Below the pieces are notes generated by a model. It searched no databases, was not told the origin of the DNA, and saw only the letters and a list, made by a program, of their open reading frames with translations. 64,000 bases of DNA from Eledone cirrhosa (taxonomy: Eukaryota), in NCBI GenBank assembly GCA_964016885.1, contig OZ024743.1, positions 156,984,001-157,048,000 of the forward strand, written 5' to 3'. A program made the position numbers and the translations under genes. This document shows, piece by piece, positions 39,115-53,230 of this stretch (the first letter of the stretch is position 1; every line of letters starts with the position of its first letter).

Positions 39115-39294
39115 CATGGAACTCTTTTAACCATCTTTTGATCTTATATATTATGTATACTCCAGTCCTACAAACTGTAGAGTGCTTCTTATCCGATATC
39201 TGCATTGCTTTATTGTACTACAATAAAACTCACCTCCTACATATATATATATAACAACATAGATAACAATAAAATTGTGATTAATGCATTTAAT

Positions 39295-39341
39295 TGCTAA
39301 CGATCGTTTCTTCCATATATATGTCTGGTTTCATCGGAGCA
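39295..39341 (-). ncRNA. Variant hammerhead (CCGATGA core)
   Basis: TGCT-CCGATGA-AACCAGACATATATATGGAA-GAAA-CGATCG-TT-AGCA. Confidence 0.65.
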
Positions 39342-40341
39342 TATACAATGTTAAAACAAATAAATTCATAATCCTTATAACATTAATTAACATACATTAT
39401 ATTTGAGAAGACTAATTATATTTGTTAGTGTCAGATATAATATATTGAAGAGTAAGAGCAAGAGAACATTATAATGAAAAGATAGTAATAAAATATTATC
39501 AAGAAGAGTTGTTTTAAAGCTGTTTTAAACATTTAAACTTAAACATTCTAAACTCAAACATGCTACTACATTATCTAAATATATACCTTAATTGAAAACT
39601 TGCAACAAACCTTACACCTTACAATGGAGCGTGTTAGCTAAAGCCCCGTCCTATAGACTAGCCAACAAACTTTGTAACCTCTGTCTCCTTGAGTTTCGCA
39701 CTATTATCTATTCTAAACTAAACTTACTAAAAAGAAAATCAGAAATGTTTCTCTGCGTGTCCACACCCTCACCAATACTCTTTTCATTATTTTAAACCTG
39801 CAGCTAATCTATAACAATGTCAGATCTAAACTGACATCTCCAATAACATGTATAACTTGAATTGTATTCATCTAAATCTTTTAATATGTATATTCCTTTA
39901 TATAACTCGCCCTTATATAGTGCATTGAATCCATCATATTATTAAATAAACCTGACCACCCCATTAAATTAGACACATTTTATCCTCTATTTTCATTTCC
40001 TCACTTGATAATCAAACTATTACCAAATCCTTAATATATTAATACATTCCTTGTAACTTCATTTGACTACTATATACCTCATACTTTTTTTATGCCTTAT
40101 TCCCCTAATAACCCCAAAATAGATTAATTAAATACATTATATACCATTCTATGTCATCCTTCTTCAAGTATCTTCCATTTAAGTATTTCATTTCTGTCCC
40201 TTTAATTACTTTCCTTAATACTTAACATATTATTTGATATGGATTCATATACATTCTTTTATAATGGTAGTGAATTAATATCATTACCTATATTTAGGAT
40301 GGATAATATAAGATTGTAACTAACCTCCATTATAGCTAATA

Positions 40342-41213
40342 CTAGCAGAATGGCCCTGCGTTGCTCGGGATTCTAAATATAGATTGGCATGTTTATACCT
40401 CCTTTCTGAAACAGTTTCGTCGTATGTTTAGCAATTGATGCAGAAGTCCTAATAAAAAATGAAGTCGCCTTGGATGAATAGGCAAATAATTTTCCCTTAA
40501 GATTTTTCAAAAGCATGTAATTGCGGCCCATCTCTTTTTTGTTGTTGTTTTTTATGCTGTTGGTGTAATAGTGGCCGCTGGTCGTACTACTAACACAGTT
40601 TCGTCCTTCTTCGGCCAATCGTGTATATTCCCTCTTCCCTCGTCAGCAATGAGAACAATATTTGCTATAGGGTTCTAATATATTTGATATATATTTATCC
40701 TTATCGAGCCTCTTGAAATAAATACGTTTGTTTATATTTTGTTATTGTGTACGCAAAAATATCTGTACACGAGTATATAATTATATATATATATTAAAAT
40801 AACAGATTAAAGGTTATGCGAAAAATCGCTGCTTTTACCCTTAACGGGATCTTCTGAAACTAAAAAAAGGAAATCTGTGAACGCAGAAGTAAATATTTCG
40901 AAAAACCTTAAACACTATATATATATATATATACACACACTATATATACATATATACACACACACACATATAGTGTCATAATGTCGTAATGCAGATAGCC
41001 AGACATACAGACAGATATTATAAGGGCGCGACGTTATAGCTATCTAATGCGGTCCCTAGGGCATTGAAAATTTGAAATATCCTTTGCTCCAAGCACTCAC
41101 ACAACCATAAGTAGTACATGTATAAAGTTTGAAAACAATCAGTTGAGTGTTTCTCGAGCTTTAGGGAGTCAAACAGACAGACAGACAGACATTCTCTGTT
41201 TTAGATATATAGA
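40342..41213 (-). mobile_element. Non-autonomous Helitron
   Basis: Minus strand begins A|TCTATATATCTAAAA..(TGTC)n and ends CCCGAGCAACGCAGGG..CTAG|T, inserted in an A|T site with no TSD. Confidence 0.8.
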
Positions 41214-42265
41214 TAAATAAATATAACACACAATAGGTAGCTGGTAATAGTGATCATAATGTATGAACTTAACATGCGTAGATACAAATTTTAGTCTAGC
41301 ATAAATTATCCACTATTAACAATTCCTCTTCCATAATAATACTTTAACATTCTTAACACAATTCGGTAAAGGATAAATAAATAAATATATATATATATAT
41401 ATATTGTTTATAGATTTGTAATATATAAAAGTTCTCTTAATATTTCTTATTATTCTCAATAAATTAATAAATTACCTCCCTTTGTCTTAATACATCAAAT
41501 CTTTTGAAATTGTAACGGTTAATACGAATCTGTTTACACTAACACAATCTTAAGGTTTCCTGCAAGCTGATATTCGAATTACAACGTGGTCAAGCTTGGT
41601 GTACCACTTTGAAACATTTCAGCCATCATGTATATTATTTAGATATATAATCATTCAACATAGCTCACTGTTTATAAATGATAATATCGATTGAATTTAT
41701 GGAACTGAAACACCGAATATGACACACAGCACGACATCGAATTAGTACTACAACTGTCATCACAACTTTAAAGAAAAATGACCTTAAACTCCATACATTT
41801 GGATTAAGTGTTTGTTATATATATATATCTGTTTGAACTGTACAATTCTATACTTATTACTTACACACGTCACAACTAGAGATATTACCATTTTCTGCAT
41901 AAACTTTATAAAAAATTTGCATAAATATCTTCGCCTATAGCTAACATATCTTATTATCCTTATAATATATAACACCTATCACTATAAAATTGTCTTACTA
42001 TATTTCATGCTCTCTGATATTATTTTTGTTCTTGGTAGGATATTCTTGATATAATGTTTTATAAGATTCTTTGCATATATTATATAGCTTCAAAACAGCT
42101 TTTCTTTATAATACTTTTTTACTATCTTTACATTAAAATCTTCTTTTGCTCTTACTCTTCAATATATTGTAACTGACACTAACAATTATAATTAGTCTTC
42201 CCAAATATAATGTATCTTAATGAGTGTTCTAAGGATTAGGAATTTATTTGTTTTAACATTGTATA

Positions 42266-42311
42266 TGCTTCGATGCATCAGACATATGTCTGGAAGAAAC
42301 AATCATTAGCA
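42266..42311 (+). ncRNA. Decayed variant hammerhead
   Basis: TGCT-TCGATGC-ATCAGACATATGTCTGGAA-GAAA-CAATCA-TT-AGCA; paralogue of 39295-39341. Confidence 0.5.
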
Positions 42312-42488
42312 ATTAAATGCATTAAACAAAAATGTTATTGTTATCTATGTAGTATTTCTGCTCTGTGGTATATCTGATAATTGAGCTAATGTTCTTAATG
42401 GTAATCGGGTAATGCACAATATTACTCTTATCTCATTTATAATTATATATATATTATATATATAAGTATAACTATTATTATTATTATT

Positions 42489-42681
42489 TTGGCAGTATCG
42501 GTAGAGGGTCGGACGCCATGCTTTCCAGCATAGTTACGTCCCTTTACGATCTGAGTTCAAATCCCGCCGAGGTTGACTTAGCCTTTCATCCTTACGGTGT
42601 CGATAAAATAAAATACCAGTAATGCACTGGATAATTGCTGGCCTTGTACCTAAAGTAGAAACAATTATTAATATTATTATT
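42489..42681 (+). mobile_element. tRNA-derived SINE whose tail is the target of a Tx1 insertion
   Basis: Full family sequence with A and B boxes. Confidence 0.9.
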
Positions 42682-45600
42682 GATCTGTTCGGACGTCCTT
42701 TTTGCTCGCTCCCAGTAAGTCGCATTATTTTCCGGTTAAAATTATTTGTTGTTAAATATTTCTTGATGTGTAAGGGGAAAGTATATTATTTGGGCCTTTT
42801 GGCCCAAATATTTGAACATTTTACTTTTCAAAATTATTTGAAAAAAGAAACATGACTAGGCCACGCCTCCCGGAAATATGTCCGCTATCATGTGACAACG
42901 GCGTAAAAGTTGACAGGAGGGTTACAGAAATTCATACAACAGACACCACCACAAAGAACGTTAAAAAAGACAACACTGAGAACACTAATTTTGAAAAAAT
43001 TACCACACCAACTACAACAATAACAGCGCCAACCAAAATACAGACAACAGAAAAAATTGACAACAAATGCAACAACGATATTAACACCACTAACAAACAA
43101 ATAAACAGCGACAACACCAACAGCAACAATACAAATTCCACCGAAAACAACAACAACGGTGGCACCAAAACACAATCAATTACAAAAGTGATAACAGCAA
43201 CAACACCAACAACATCGTTTGTAGCAGTAACAACAGCAACAGCACCAGCAACAAGGCCAGTAACGGCAGCAATAATGGTGCCGCTGAAAAGGGGACACTT
43301 CTTTCGCAGGTGTGGCCCGAAATATAGAGACAGTGCTAGTCACGGAGGATGAGTTGGCAGTCGCAAGAGCCATGGGGTTGAGAAACGACAATAGAGTTTC
43401 CCTTAAACCTCCACCCGATTTCTTCAAAGACCAGCAGCTGCGCACGGTGACTTATCGCACCGTAAGCAAAATGTCTCTCGGGTGGAGAGAGCCACGGAGG
43501 CTCAAATCCAAAACGCCTTGGGGTGCGTCTGGTTGCGCAAAACCCACATCGCCCGAGGCAAAAAGTACTCCAGAGTTGACGTACATTTCGCCACCCGTAA
43601 AAGACGAAGTCTCACTCTTTGGAAACCCTAAAGAGTGAGGAGATAGTCTTGGTGCCCTCCTACTACCGGCCGAAAATTGTGAGGGTCAAAGTGACCCAGG
43701 TCCCGCCCGACGTGCCCATACCTTGGCTGGCTGCGTCTGTAGTGGCTGGAATCGAGGAGAAGACCACCATACTGCAAATACAGAATAGGCAGGCAAACGC
43801 TAATACAGACTGACCAAGAGTGCATCGAGACCATCCCAGACATCATAGACCTCGATGAAAGGCTCTATCTCCCTGTAAGTGTGGAAGGAAGGCACCCAAA
43901 GTGCTATCTCTGTGGCTAGAAGGGTAACCTCGGGCCTTCTGCCCGCAAAAGATATCCAAGAAGAGTGCTCCCCTCCTTACTATGCCTGATCCGCTGCTAC
44001 CAAGAGCAGCGCAGGCAACAGAGGTAGAAGACCCTTCCAATGTGAGTAGGATGGTCACGTCCGTGGCATCAATACCAAGGCCACGGACAACTAAAGCAGC
44101 GGCAGCAGTGGCGGCCACACCAACAGTCGCAGTAGCTACGCCGGCGGTAAAATCGCTGGAGTAGGCTCCACTACCATCACCAACAGCAGTAGAGCTCACA
44201 TCCCTCCCGGAAGCTGCGAGGTCCGACATTGAGTGTGAGGCGGGAGGGAAGTGGCAAACGGTCTGCCACAAAAAACCAAAAACAAAAAAAAACCATAGCT
44301 TCACCCTCCAAACCTGAAGGCAGACATAGAGGGGTAAAGGCTGCAAGGAGACTTGCAGCAACATCACCACCATCAATATCACCACCACAAGCATCACCAC
44401 CAACAACAACGACACCATCATCAGCATAAACAAAAACACCAACATCGCAAACACAACAAAACACACACACCCAACAGCAACAACAAGAAAACAGCAACAA
44501 AATCGACCATCCTCCAAAAAAGTACACAGCCATAAACAAGGCAAATAAAGAACTCCTATAAGACAAAGCAGCACACAGACATCGCAAAAGAAAATACTAC
44601 ACCCACCAACACCAAGAACTCTCCCGACAAACAAGCATCATTAAAATCTCAATAGAACATTACAAACTTTTAAAGCAATAATTCCCCAACGCAGTTGGAG
44701 ACCTCAGAGGGTCGGTTAACAAGAGGATATACACCGACATCCTCTTGGAAACACCCTTGACCAGCTAAAGGGACGGTTCTACTGTCCCTTCACCACACGA
44801 TCAAGGTAAGTGATCTTTTCTCTTTACCCCGTTTCTCATACAACATGGCCGTACTTAGAATAGGCAGTATAAATGCAAGTGGCCTGGGGCTTCCCGGAAG
44901 CAGGGTCACCTGCTCAACGACCTCAGGTCAGAAAACATAGATGTGGTGGCCATCAGCGAACCAGAATCTCCGAAGCACGAGCCTTCACACCGATCTTCGG
45001 CGGCTACGATGTATACGCATGTCGCAGCCGTCCAGGATCGGGGGAGGAGTTGCCGTGCTTTTTCGGAGAGGCTTGGATCTCACCATAGACCCAAGAGGTG
45101 AGTCGGTGGTGCTGGACGTGACCGGCAGCGAAGGCAATGCTTTCAGGCTAGTAGCCGTCTACGCCCCAACTGGGGCAGGACGGCCAGTTTTCTTCAGACG
45201 TCTAGAGACCTTTCTTGGAACGTCCCATTCTTTAGTGTTAGTGGGCGACTGGAACGGTATCTTAGATGCACGCTGGGATTATGTGAGGCTAATAGACAGG
45301 GCAAGAGGGTGTAAAACCCTCAACAATCTGCTCAGACGTTTTGAACTGTCTAACAGGTATAGACTGGATTACCGAATGTGCCAATGTGGACATGGGCAAA
45401 CCGCATTGGGTCATCCAGATCGTATTTAGATAGGGTATTCTATAGGGAAACAGATAAGGCTAGTGTAGGTTGTCCACAATTTAAAGTAGTCGACTACATG
45501 GTCATCAAGTCGGCCGCTTCGGACCCATGTTTAGGGGCTAGTTCGCTGCGATGCACAGCCACATATGCTCGATTGTGAGGGTGAATGCTAACCTGTCGCA

Positions 45601-47200
45601 GCCTTTCAGCATCATACGCTCGATCCACCAGGGTTGCCCCTGTCGTGCCTCTTGTACGTACTGGCCCTAGAGCAGTTACTACACAAATTAAAGACGATGA
45701 GGGGGTTCCCACGCGAACTGCGATGCAGGAGATTCGTGTCAGCTTACGCCGACGACGTCACCGTGGTGGTGTGGAGCACCAAACACGTCCAGATGCTCTA
45801 CACCGCTCTCAAAAAATACGAAGCGGTGACAGGAACAAAGATAAACCGGGAAAAGTCGGGCTTGCAACTCGGGACCTGTAGAGGCAAGTCCGTGGCCTCC
45901 GACAGCGTCGTGGGGCGCTGGACGGAAGGACCGGTTAAATTGCTTGGGGTCTGATTCGGTCCGGACCACCAGATGGGGAAAAGCTGGAGCGAGGTGTCGA
46001 GCAGGGCGGCCTCCCTCACCCAGAAATGGGTCGAGAGGAAGCTGTACCTGAAAGGGCGGGCGGAGGTGGCGAATGAGTACATAGCTTCCGTCATCTGCTA
46101 CCGCCTGACCGTCGTAGCTTTCCCCCACCCAACACTGACCTAAATGGAGCGCCTTCTCTTCCGCTTTTTGTGGAAGGGACGTGTTCCCAATGTCAGACAA
46201 TCCATTTGCTGTCAAGACCCGTTGCGTGGAGGACTAGGTATGCCGTGGCTGATGATGCGCAAACATGCGTTAAGGCTGCGACATCTCTGGTGCTTCCTTG
46301 ACGGTGAACAGGTGTGGTCGCCGTTTGCGTTCTATAGAAGGCTACTGGAGGGAAAAAGCGACTACGCTCTCTGGAGACCCTGGGCGCCGAAGACGATGAG
46401 CTGTTCGCTCTCTTCAAGAGGACTTTCAGACCGGGGCCTATTGATAACTTCCAGAAATCTTTGGCCTGGCAGTGCTACCGGGGAGCGTTACCAGTTCGGG
46501 ATACGCTCTACAGCTAAGGAGGTGCTGTCAGCCGAGCCTGTCCGAGATGCGCGCAGGGTGACGAAATCGTCCTGCACGCACTCGTTCAGTGCTCGATGAT
46601 TGCTGACTTGTGGAGCTATGCCAAATAGCTGCTGTCGCCTGCAGGACTGATCCGGTTATCGACTGAGTCCATTGTTTAGATATCCCCGCTCTCCTCCATT
46701 AAAGAGGAGGAAGGGCAGGCAGTTTCATCTGCCTGGTGGCCATGGCAAAAGAGATTGTGTGGTGGACACGATTGAAAGGGTTGAAGACGGACACTTTCCT
46801 CTCCGGCCAATCCCTGATTAACTTTTTCAAGTTTCACTTGAAGAGGAAAATCAGGGTGGAGAGGCAAGTGTTGTCTTATAGTAAGTTTGTTGAAAGGTGG
46901 GTGAAATTGGCGAGTGGTTGGGCCCGCTCTGAGTATACACCTGTACACTAAGGAGTGGGTAAAGTGAGAGAGGGCGCTTGCTCTGGTGGTCAGGGTGGCC
47001 GTGGTCTTTTGTGTGGTTTTCACCACGAGCGACTCTTGGAGGTTTCCTCCTTCTTGGAGAACTTTTGTTTGAATTTCTTTTGATTTCTAGCCCGATTTTG
47101 CTATAACCATTTTACACGACCAAAACCCACTTTGTATCGTCCAGTACTGTTCTGTGCCGTCTCTAATGTTTTTCGTCGTGTCAGCCCTTGTGGCCCATAA
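42682..47200 (+). mobile_element. Degenerate Tx1-type LINE with broken ORF1 and ORF2 and an internal deletion near 45500
   Basis: APE (RLVAVYAPTG, VGDWN), RT (QGCPLS, YADD) and C-terminal segments are homologous to 14737-18174. The end CCCTTGTGG..ATAAAGAAA is followed by (TTA)n. Confidence 0.92.
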
Positions 47201-47220
47201 AGAAACCATTATTATTATTA

Positions 47221-47258
<38 letters not shown>

Positions 47259-49079
47259 CTATATATGACAATTTGTCTAATTGTATCTATCTCTTTCAGT
47301 CTATCTCTTCTATTTACAATACTGATATTACAACATAGAACTACTAACTGAAACTTTGAACGATACGTGATCTAGTTCTCCAATACTGTCTCCATCGTGA
47401 TTCATCACTACTATGGCAGTTATAGATTTGCTTCGGTTTTGAAAATATAACTTTATTCTTCAAACTCTTGGAATTTAGAGATCTGTATTGATAGGAAAAT
47501 ATACGGAAAGTTTTAACTTTTACAATGACCTCAGCGTTAACTGAATTGCGCGAGCGTGATGTAAATTTTTATTTGCTTTTCTCTCAAATGATATTTAGTG
47601 TCATGCTGTACATTTAACTGAATTAGCTTACAGTAGAATGAATATGTAACGTATCCATGTACTTTGTTTGTCTTTCCTTGAGTTTGGGAACAGAAAAGAA
47701 ATAGCCAGCCAGGAAGTGCAATACATTATGTTGAACAACAAATATACAGTACATAGCAGACATGTTAGTTAAATAAAGGAAATAAAGAAATGTCGGAGTA
47801 AATTCAGTTTAGAAAACAATGAGCAGACCAAGTTGGATAGGAAAAGCAGAATTAACAGAATGTGTGTTCGACATCGGAAAATATTTAGATTTGCTTAGAT
47901 GATTTCAATGGATTTTCCAAAAATATTACAAAAGAAAATTTGCCAAGCATTGTTATGATGTCTTTTGCTTAACTGACAACATTTCGACGATGTCAATGGG
48001 AGACACTGTAATGGATTTAGTATGGTCCTATGGAGAGCATCTGTCAAACAAAGATTAGATTATTCTTAAACTAGAACTAAAGAAAATGTTGCTATTGGAA
48101 AATTTGAAGAGGCTAAGTTTGATAAAAGATAAAATTTGCACGTCTTTTTCACAAGATTTTAAAACAAAGACGTAGAAGATAATCTCCTTTCGAATAACAC
48201 AAACAAGAATATAATATGAATGTATATACTATTAAAATGGCTTGTGGAACAGTCAAATCCCTCAATCTCAAACTTATAATAAACATTGTATTATACCGGT
48301 TAATAGGTATGTTATTCAACCCTAAATAAATACTGTTCTATATTTATAGCAGAGTAGATGCAAAGTATTATTGATAAAATGAGCCAAATACATAATATCT
48401 ACAAAAAAATGTTTGATTAAATTACTAAATATTCCGCTAAACTCGCTGTAGTATAGACATAATGTAAAAATGATATAAATAAGGAATTCTAGTTTTATAA
48501 CGAACAGTTAGTTTAGAGAATGATAAAATACATCATAACACTTTAACTTAAATTCCGTGAGTTTCTAGGACATGATAGAGTTCTCAATGAATTCAAACTG
48601 AAATTAGAACTAAACGAAATGAATATATTGGAATTTATATATACGATGAGATGACATGTGAATAATAGGAAATGTCCCCAGAATATTCAGATGATTGTCT
48701 TTTTCTTCTTACAGAATACCAATATGGCGGATGAATGTCAGAAACATCAGAAAGTTGTCCTAAATATCTGGCATTCTATATTACACAATGAATACAAATT
48801 CTACCATAAGTCCACTTTGGCATTCACGTGTCCAGTAATCGAAAATACAAGCGAAAGCAATGCGCAACGTAGCTACATATTATTGACTGATATTTGTAAA
48901 GGGATAATATAATACAGAAATATATATACACACATATATACACACATTCACACAGTGGCATGCCCATATATATATATATTTGTCTCTTTCTCTTTCTCTC
49001 TCTCTCTCTCTCACTCACTCTCTCTCTCTCTCTATATATATATATATGCGTGTGTGTGTATGTACACACACACACATAT

Positions 49080-49164
<85 letters not shown>

Positions 49165-50149
49165 CAAAGGCATACGAAACATACACATTTATACACAGAT
49201 ACATATATGAGTGTGGTCCACCTTCAACTGAATGGGCTCGATGAATTATATAAATAACCATTAATCTCACAGTTGTATAAGTGTTAAGAACAGACAAAAG
49301 TTACCTAAATGTTCTTCTTAGTCCAAAGAAATTAACTAAACAAATAATCAATTAAACAGCTAAATCTAAGTTACAAGTAAGAATAAAAAATAGAGAAATG
49401 TATACCGATATTCTTCCAGCCCCGCTGCCGGCAATTTTGCTAGTACTAAGTAGAAAAAGTGCAAGATCGATGCACTTGCATGAGACGTCAAGCTTATCAA
49501 GTGACACCCTCAGTTAGAACCAGTTTTTTCCAAAGTGTACGTCGCCAGTAACAAATTCAAAAGAAGGAAGTTATAACGTGGCTAATGGTCAATATAGAAA
49601 TGTTGTGAAGGGTAGACTGATGGCAAATAAGTTCATTTTTTTCTTGGCTCAGTCAGTTAATGTTCACTGGTTCTATACATCTATGTGTGTATCATTGCTG
49701 ATGTTAGACGCCCATTGTTACCGACAGGGGTGTGCTTCAGGTGATTGCATATACAGAACTGCTGATTCGTGAAATTAAAATGGAAATGACTGAACACGTC
49801 TCTGATATTTGCATGCATTGCGTTGTTATTCATTGGGTTCGACGTGACACTAGGTGTCAATCATTTCAACTTTTCTAAACATATTTTTTTATATACACGT
49901 TTCTGACTAATTGATATAAAACTTTAAAAAAAACATAAAATAGAGGTCATGTTCACTCTGCTTTAATCGTAGCACACCGAGTGATGCCATCCTAATTTTC
50001 TCTCCAAACGAAGTTATATACCAAAATTATTAAGGTATTTTTATTGTGAAAAACGTGCGAGGTAGCCGTTAAATTTAATTGAAGATAAATGATATATATA
50101 TATAGTAGATTTTCGGGGAAAAGTGATAGGCACTTTTTTTCAATGCAGT

Positions 50150-50767
50150 TAGATCTATATAGGTGGTTGATAGCTTCCGATTTCTAGATGATCAAATTAG
50201 CAAGGGAAGAGGATACTCCGAGGCCATACTATCTAGTATAAGGACAGGATGGAAGAAGTTTAGGGAGCTTCTTCCTCTGTTGACGAAGGGTTTCTCCCTA
50301 TGAACGAAAGGTCGGTTATATGATACCTGTGTGAGATGTACAATGATGCATGGTAATGAGACATGGACAGCAACTGCAGAGGATATGCGACGGCTGGAGA
50401 GAAATGAAGCAAGCATGCTCCGATGGATATGCGATGTCAATGTACGTGAACGACCAAGCATAGACGAGTTGAGAGAGAAACTGTGTATAAAAAGGATACT
50501 CTAATGCCTTTGTATGGCCATGTAATGCGCATGGAAGATGACCGCTGGCTGAAGAAGTGCCAAGAATACCAGTGGAAGGAAGGCACAGAAGAGGAACACC
50601 ACGAACAAACATGGGCGGAGGTGATAGAGCTGACCTCAGATCGCTAAAGCTCACAGAGGAGATGACGAGGGGCCGTGACGAATGGAAATATGCTGTGCTG
50701 AAGAAAACCCGTCCACCCTTGTCAGCAGGAAAAACGGACGTAAAATAATGATGATGATAATGATGAT
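50150..50767 (+). mobile_element. 5'-truncated RTE LINE 3' end
   Basis: GWKKFRELLPLL..KGRLYDTCVRCTMMHGNETW, GHVMRME, RGTPR; (TGA)n tail. Confidence 0.85.
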
Positions 50768-50862
50768 ATATATATATAACAAAGAAAGTGTGGTAAGGAA
50801 CCAGGTGACATTCGGATCAAGCTATCGAAACGCCGGATCCTAGCCGCCCAGGTCCTGACGCT

Positions 50863-50866
<4 letters not shown>

Positions 50867-50917
<51 letters not shown>

Positions 50918-50930
50918 CATATATGTGTGT

Positions 50931-50977
<47 letters not shown>

Positions 50978-50987
50978 TGCGTGTGTA

Positions 50988-51027
<40 letters not shown>

Positions 51028-51099
51028 CGTGTGTGTGTGTGTGTGTATGTGTGTGTGTGTGTGTGTGTGTGTCTGCGTGTGTGTGTGTGGATGTGTGTT

Positions 51100-51135
<36 letters not shown>

Positions 51136-51205
51136 TGTGCGTGTGTATGTATGTGTGTGTGTGTGTGTGCGTGTGTGCGCGCGTGTGTGTGTGTGTGCGT
51201 GTGTA

Positions 51206-51238
<33 letters not shown>

Positions 51239-51270
51239 CTGCGTGTGTGTGTGTGGATGTGTGTTTGTGT
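50867..51270. repeat. Compound (TA)n/(TG)n microsatellite
   Basis: Direct reading; source of the spurious CV/HT ORFs. Confidence 0.97.
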
Positions 51271-51500
51271 GTCTGTGTCGGTGTATTTCGGTTCCATAAT
51301 CTATATTGGTGTTGAACAAAACTATCTACGATAGTTAAAGCTTTCTACATTTTAATTATTCATAAACAAGAATATGTAATGCGTGTCTGAAGCATTATTA
51401 TTAAGTAAGAAGAGATTGTTTTACATTTTTCACTTCAAATTATTATCTCATATAACTCCTCTTTTGCAAAGGCATTGAAATGTCATAATATAATAATTAA

Positions 51501-51765
51501 TTAATTGTTTCTACTATTGGCACAAGGCCAGCTTGGTACTTTATTTTATCGACCCGTAAGGATGAAAGGCAAAATAATTAATTGTTTCTACTTTAGGCAC
51601 AAGGCCAGCAATACACCAGTGCATTACTGGTACTTTATTTTATCGACCCCGTAAGGATGAAAGGCAAAGTCAACCTCGGCGGGATTTGAGCTCAGATCGT
51701 AAAGGGACGTAACTATGCTGGAAAGCATGGCGTCCGACCCTCTACCGATACTGCCAATCCACCGA
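51501..51765 (-). mobile_element. SINE, full copy plus a partial tandem copy
   Basis: Family sequence at 51578-51765; deleted 3' piece at 51501-51573. Confidence 0.88.
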
Positions 51766-52588
51766 AAGGCAAATTAATTAATGCGTTGTTATCTGACAGG
51801 TGCTGAAAATGGAAACACTATTTTTGTTTTATATATACCCACTGTTGAAGAGTTTTTGTGTATTCAAGTTCCAGCAGAGATAGGCTGTATCACGCTGGCA
51901 AACAGTTAGGTGGAAAAGAGTGGTAGGTGGGAGGTGAATATCGGTCACTGTACTGATGGTATCACAGTCAGTTCCGTACTTGTCACTCTGCCTTGGTTAT
52001 TAAGGGGATATAAAGCAATTATTCCTACAATATTTTATTTATCTTACTATAACTATCTATGTCATTATTAAACTTTATCATTACTATGAATAATCAGTTA
52101 ATTCACCCTGTTTGCCAGTATTGTGGTGGTTTTCATGGCGGGATGTCTAAATGAGGAGAGGTGCAAGTAGAATATTTGTTTTAAATGTTCCTGTACCATA
52201 CCTACATGTTTTTCGCGGGTCTCTGTCTTGTTGCCGTTTGTGTACTTGATCTCTGCTTCGGATATTATGGACTTAACATTACAGTTTTGCTGTAAAGGGC
52301 AGTCGAAAACTTTCTGGTCGAAAACTTTCGACCTGTTTGGTATATATCGATGTGGTGGTTGCGTTTGGTCACTTTATTTATTGGTGTCACATTATATTAA
52401 CTTTTTGTGTTTACTCTGGACGAAAATGTATTAACTTTTCACACTATCCAGTGCTTTGCGACTGCTTGAAACAAATCTATTGGTATCTGCTATACTGATT
52501 GCTACAATTCTATGAATTATATATTACAGACGAACAAACTATATATTTTCGCCTGTTTTCGAAGTCCAGCTGTTGCAAGAGCGGGAGA

Positions 52589-52634
52589 GATCGCCCTGAC
52601 GAGGACCAGTTCAGTTTGAAATGCATCGACGATT
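52589..52634 (+). ncRNA. Decayed minimal hammerhead
   Basis: GATCGCC-CTGACGA-GGAC(CAGTTCA)GTTT-GAAA-TGCA-TC-GACGATT; plausibly derived from GAAACGCGTC by CpG decay. Confidence 0.65.
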
Positions 52635-52866
52635 GTCCCCCTTGGTTCTGATGGACACCACTGGGTGGCGTTAGCTTCCAGTGTTTTTCATAGCTATGGC
52701 TTTCTAAATGTTTACCTATAAACATACCGTATTTCTTTAGAAATACAAAATTCAAATACATACTTGTATACAGCTATGTTCGAAGCTAAATTCTAATTAT
52801 ATATATATATATATATATATATTAATCAGTATGGAATCAATTTGAAACTCTTTAGTCCATTACACA

Positions 52867-52977
<111 letters not shown>

Positions 52978-53230
52978 TTATCTCTCTCTGTGCATCTACA
53001 CATAAACGTATTTGATGTTAAAATTCGGTGGTGGTAGAAGCTGATATCTATACAAATAACAATTGACAATATCACAGATATGTCAATACAGTTGCAGAAA
53101 GTAGTTTCCTGTCAGATGAATATTTGTGTTTCAATTTGTGGTGGTATTTATTTTCAGGTTCCACTCAATAATATTTTCTGGCTTTAGTCTCAATATATTC
53201 TTTGCTAATTCATCTTATTTACATATAACA

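Larger units (their letters stand above)
33836..39243 (-). mobile_element. Penelope-like element (Naiad-type): inverted pLTR, 5'-truncated upstream copy, ORF, 3' pLTR
   Basis: 33836-34640 matches 37638-38460; 38961-39243 is an inverted copy of about 37542-37822; three near-identical HHRs. Confidence 0.93.
39253..42355 (+). mobile_element. 5'-truncated PLE with inverted pLTR, interrupted by a Helitron
   Basis: 39253-39530 is an inverted copy of about 42085-42350. GIY-YIG tail YTLQWSVLAKAPSY..CNLCLLE at 39592-39795. Confidence 0.75.

Noticed and set aside
37579-39205. Duplicated 70-aa ORF (37579-37791 and 38993-39205)
   Set aside because: Antisense reading of the duplicated pLTR containing the hammerhead.
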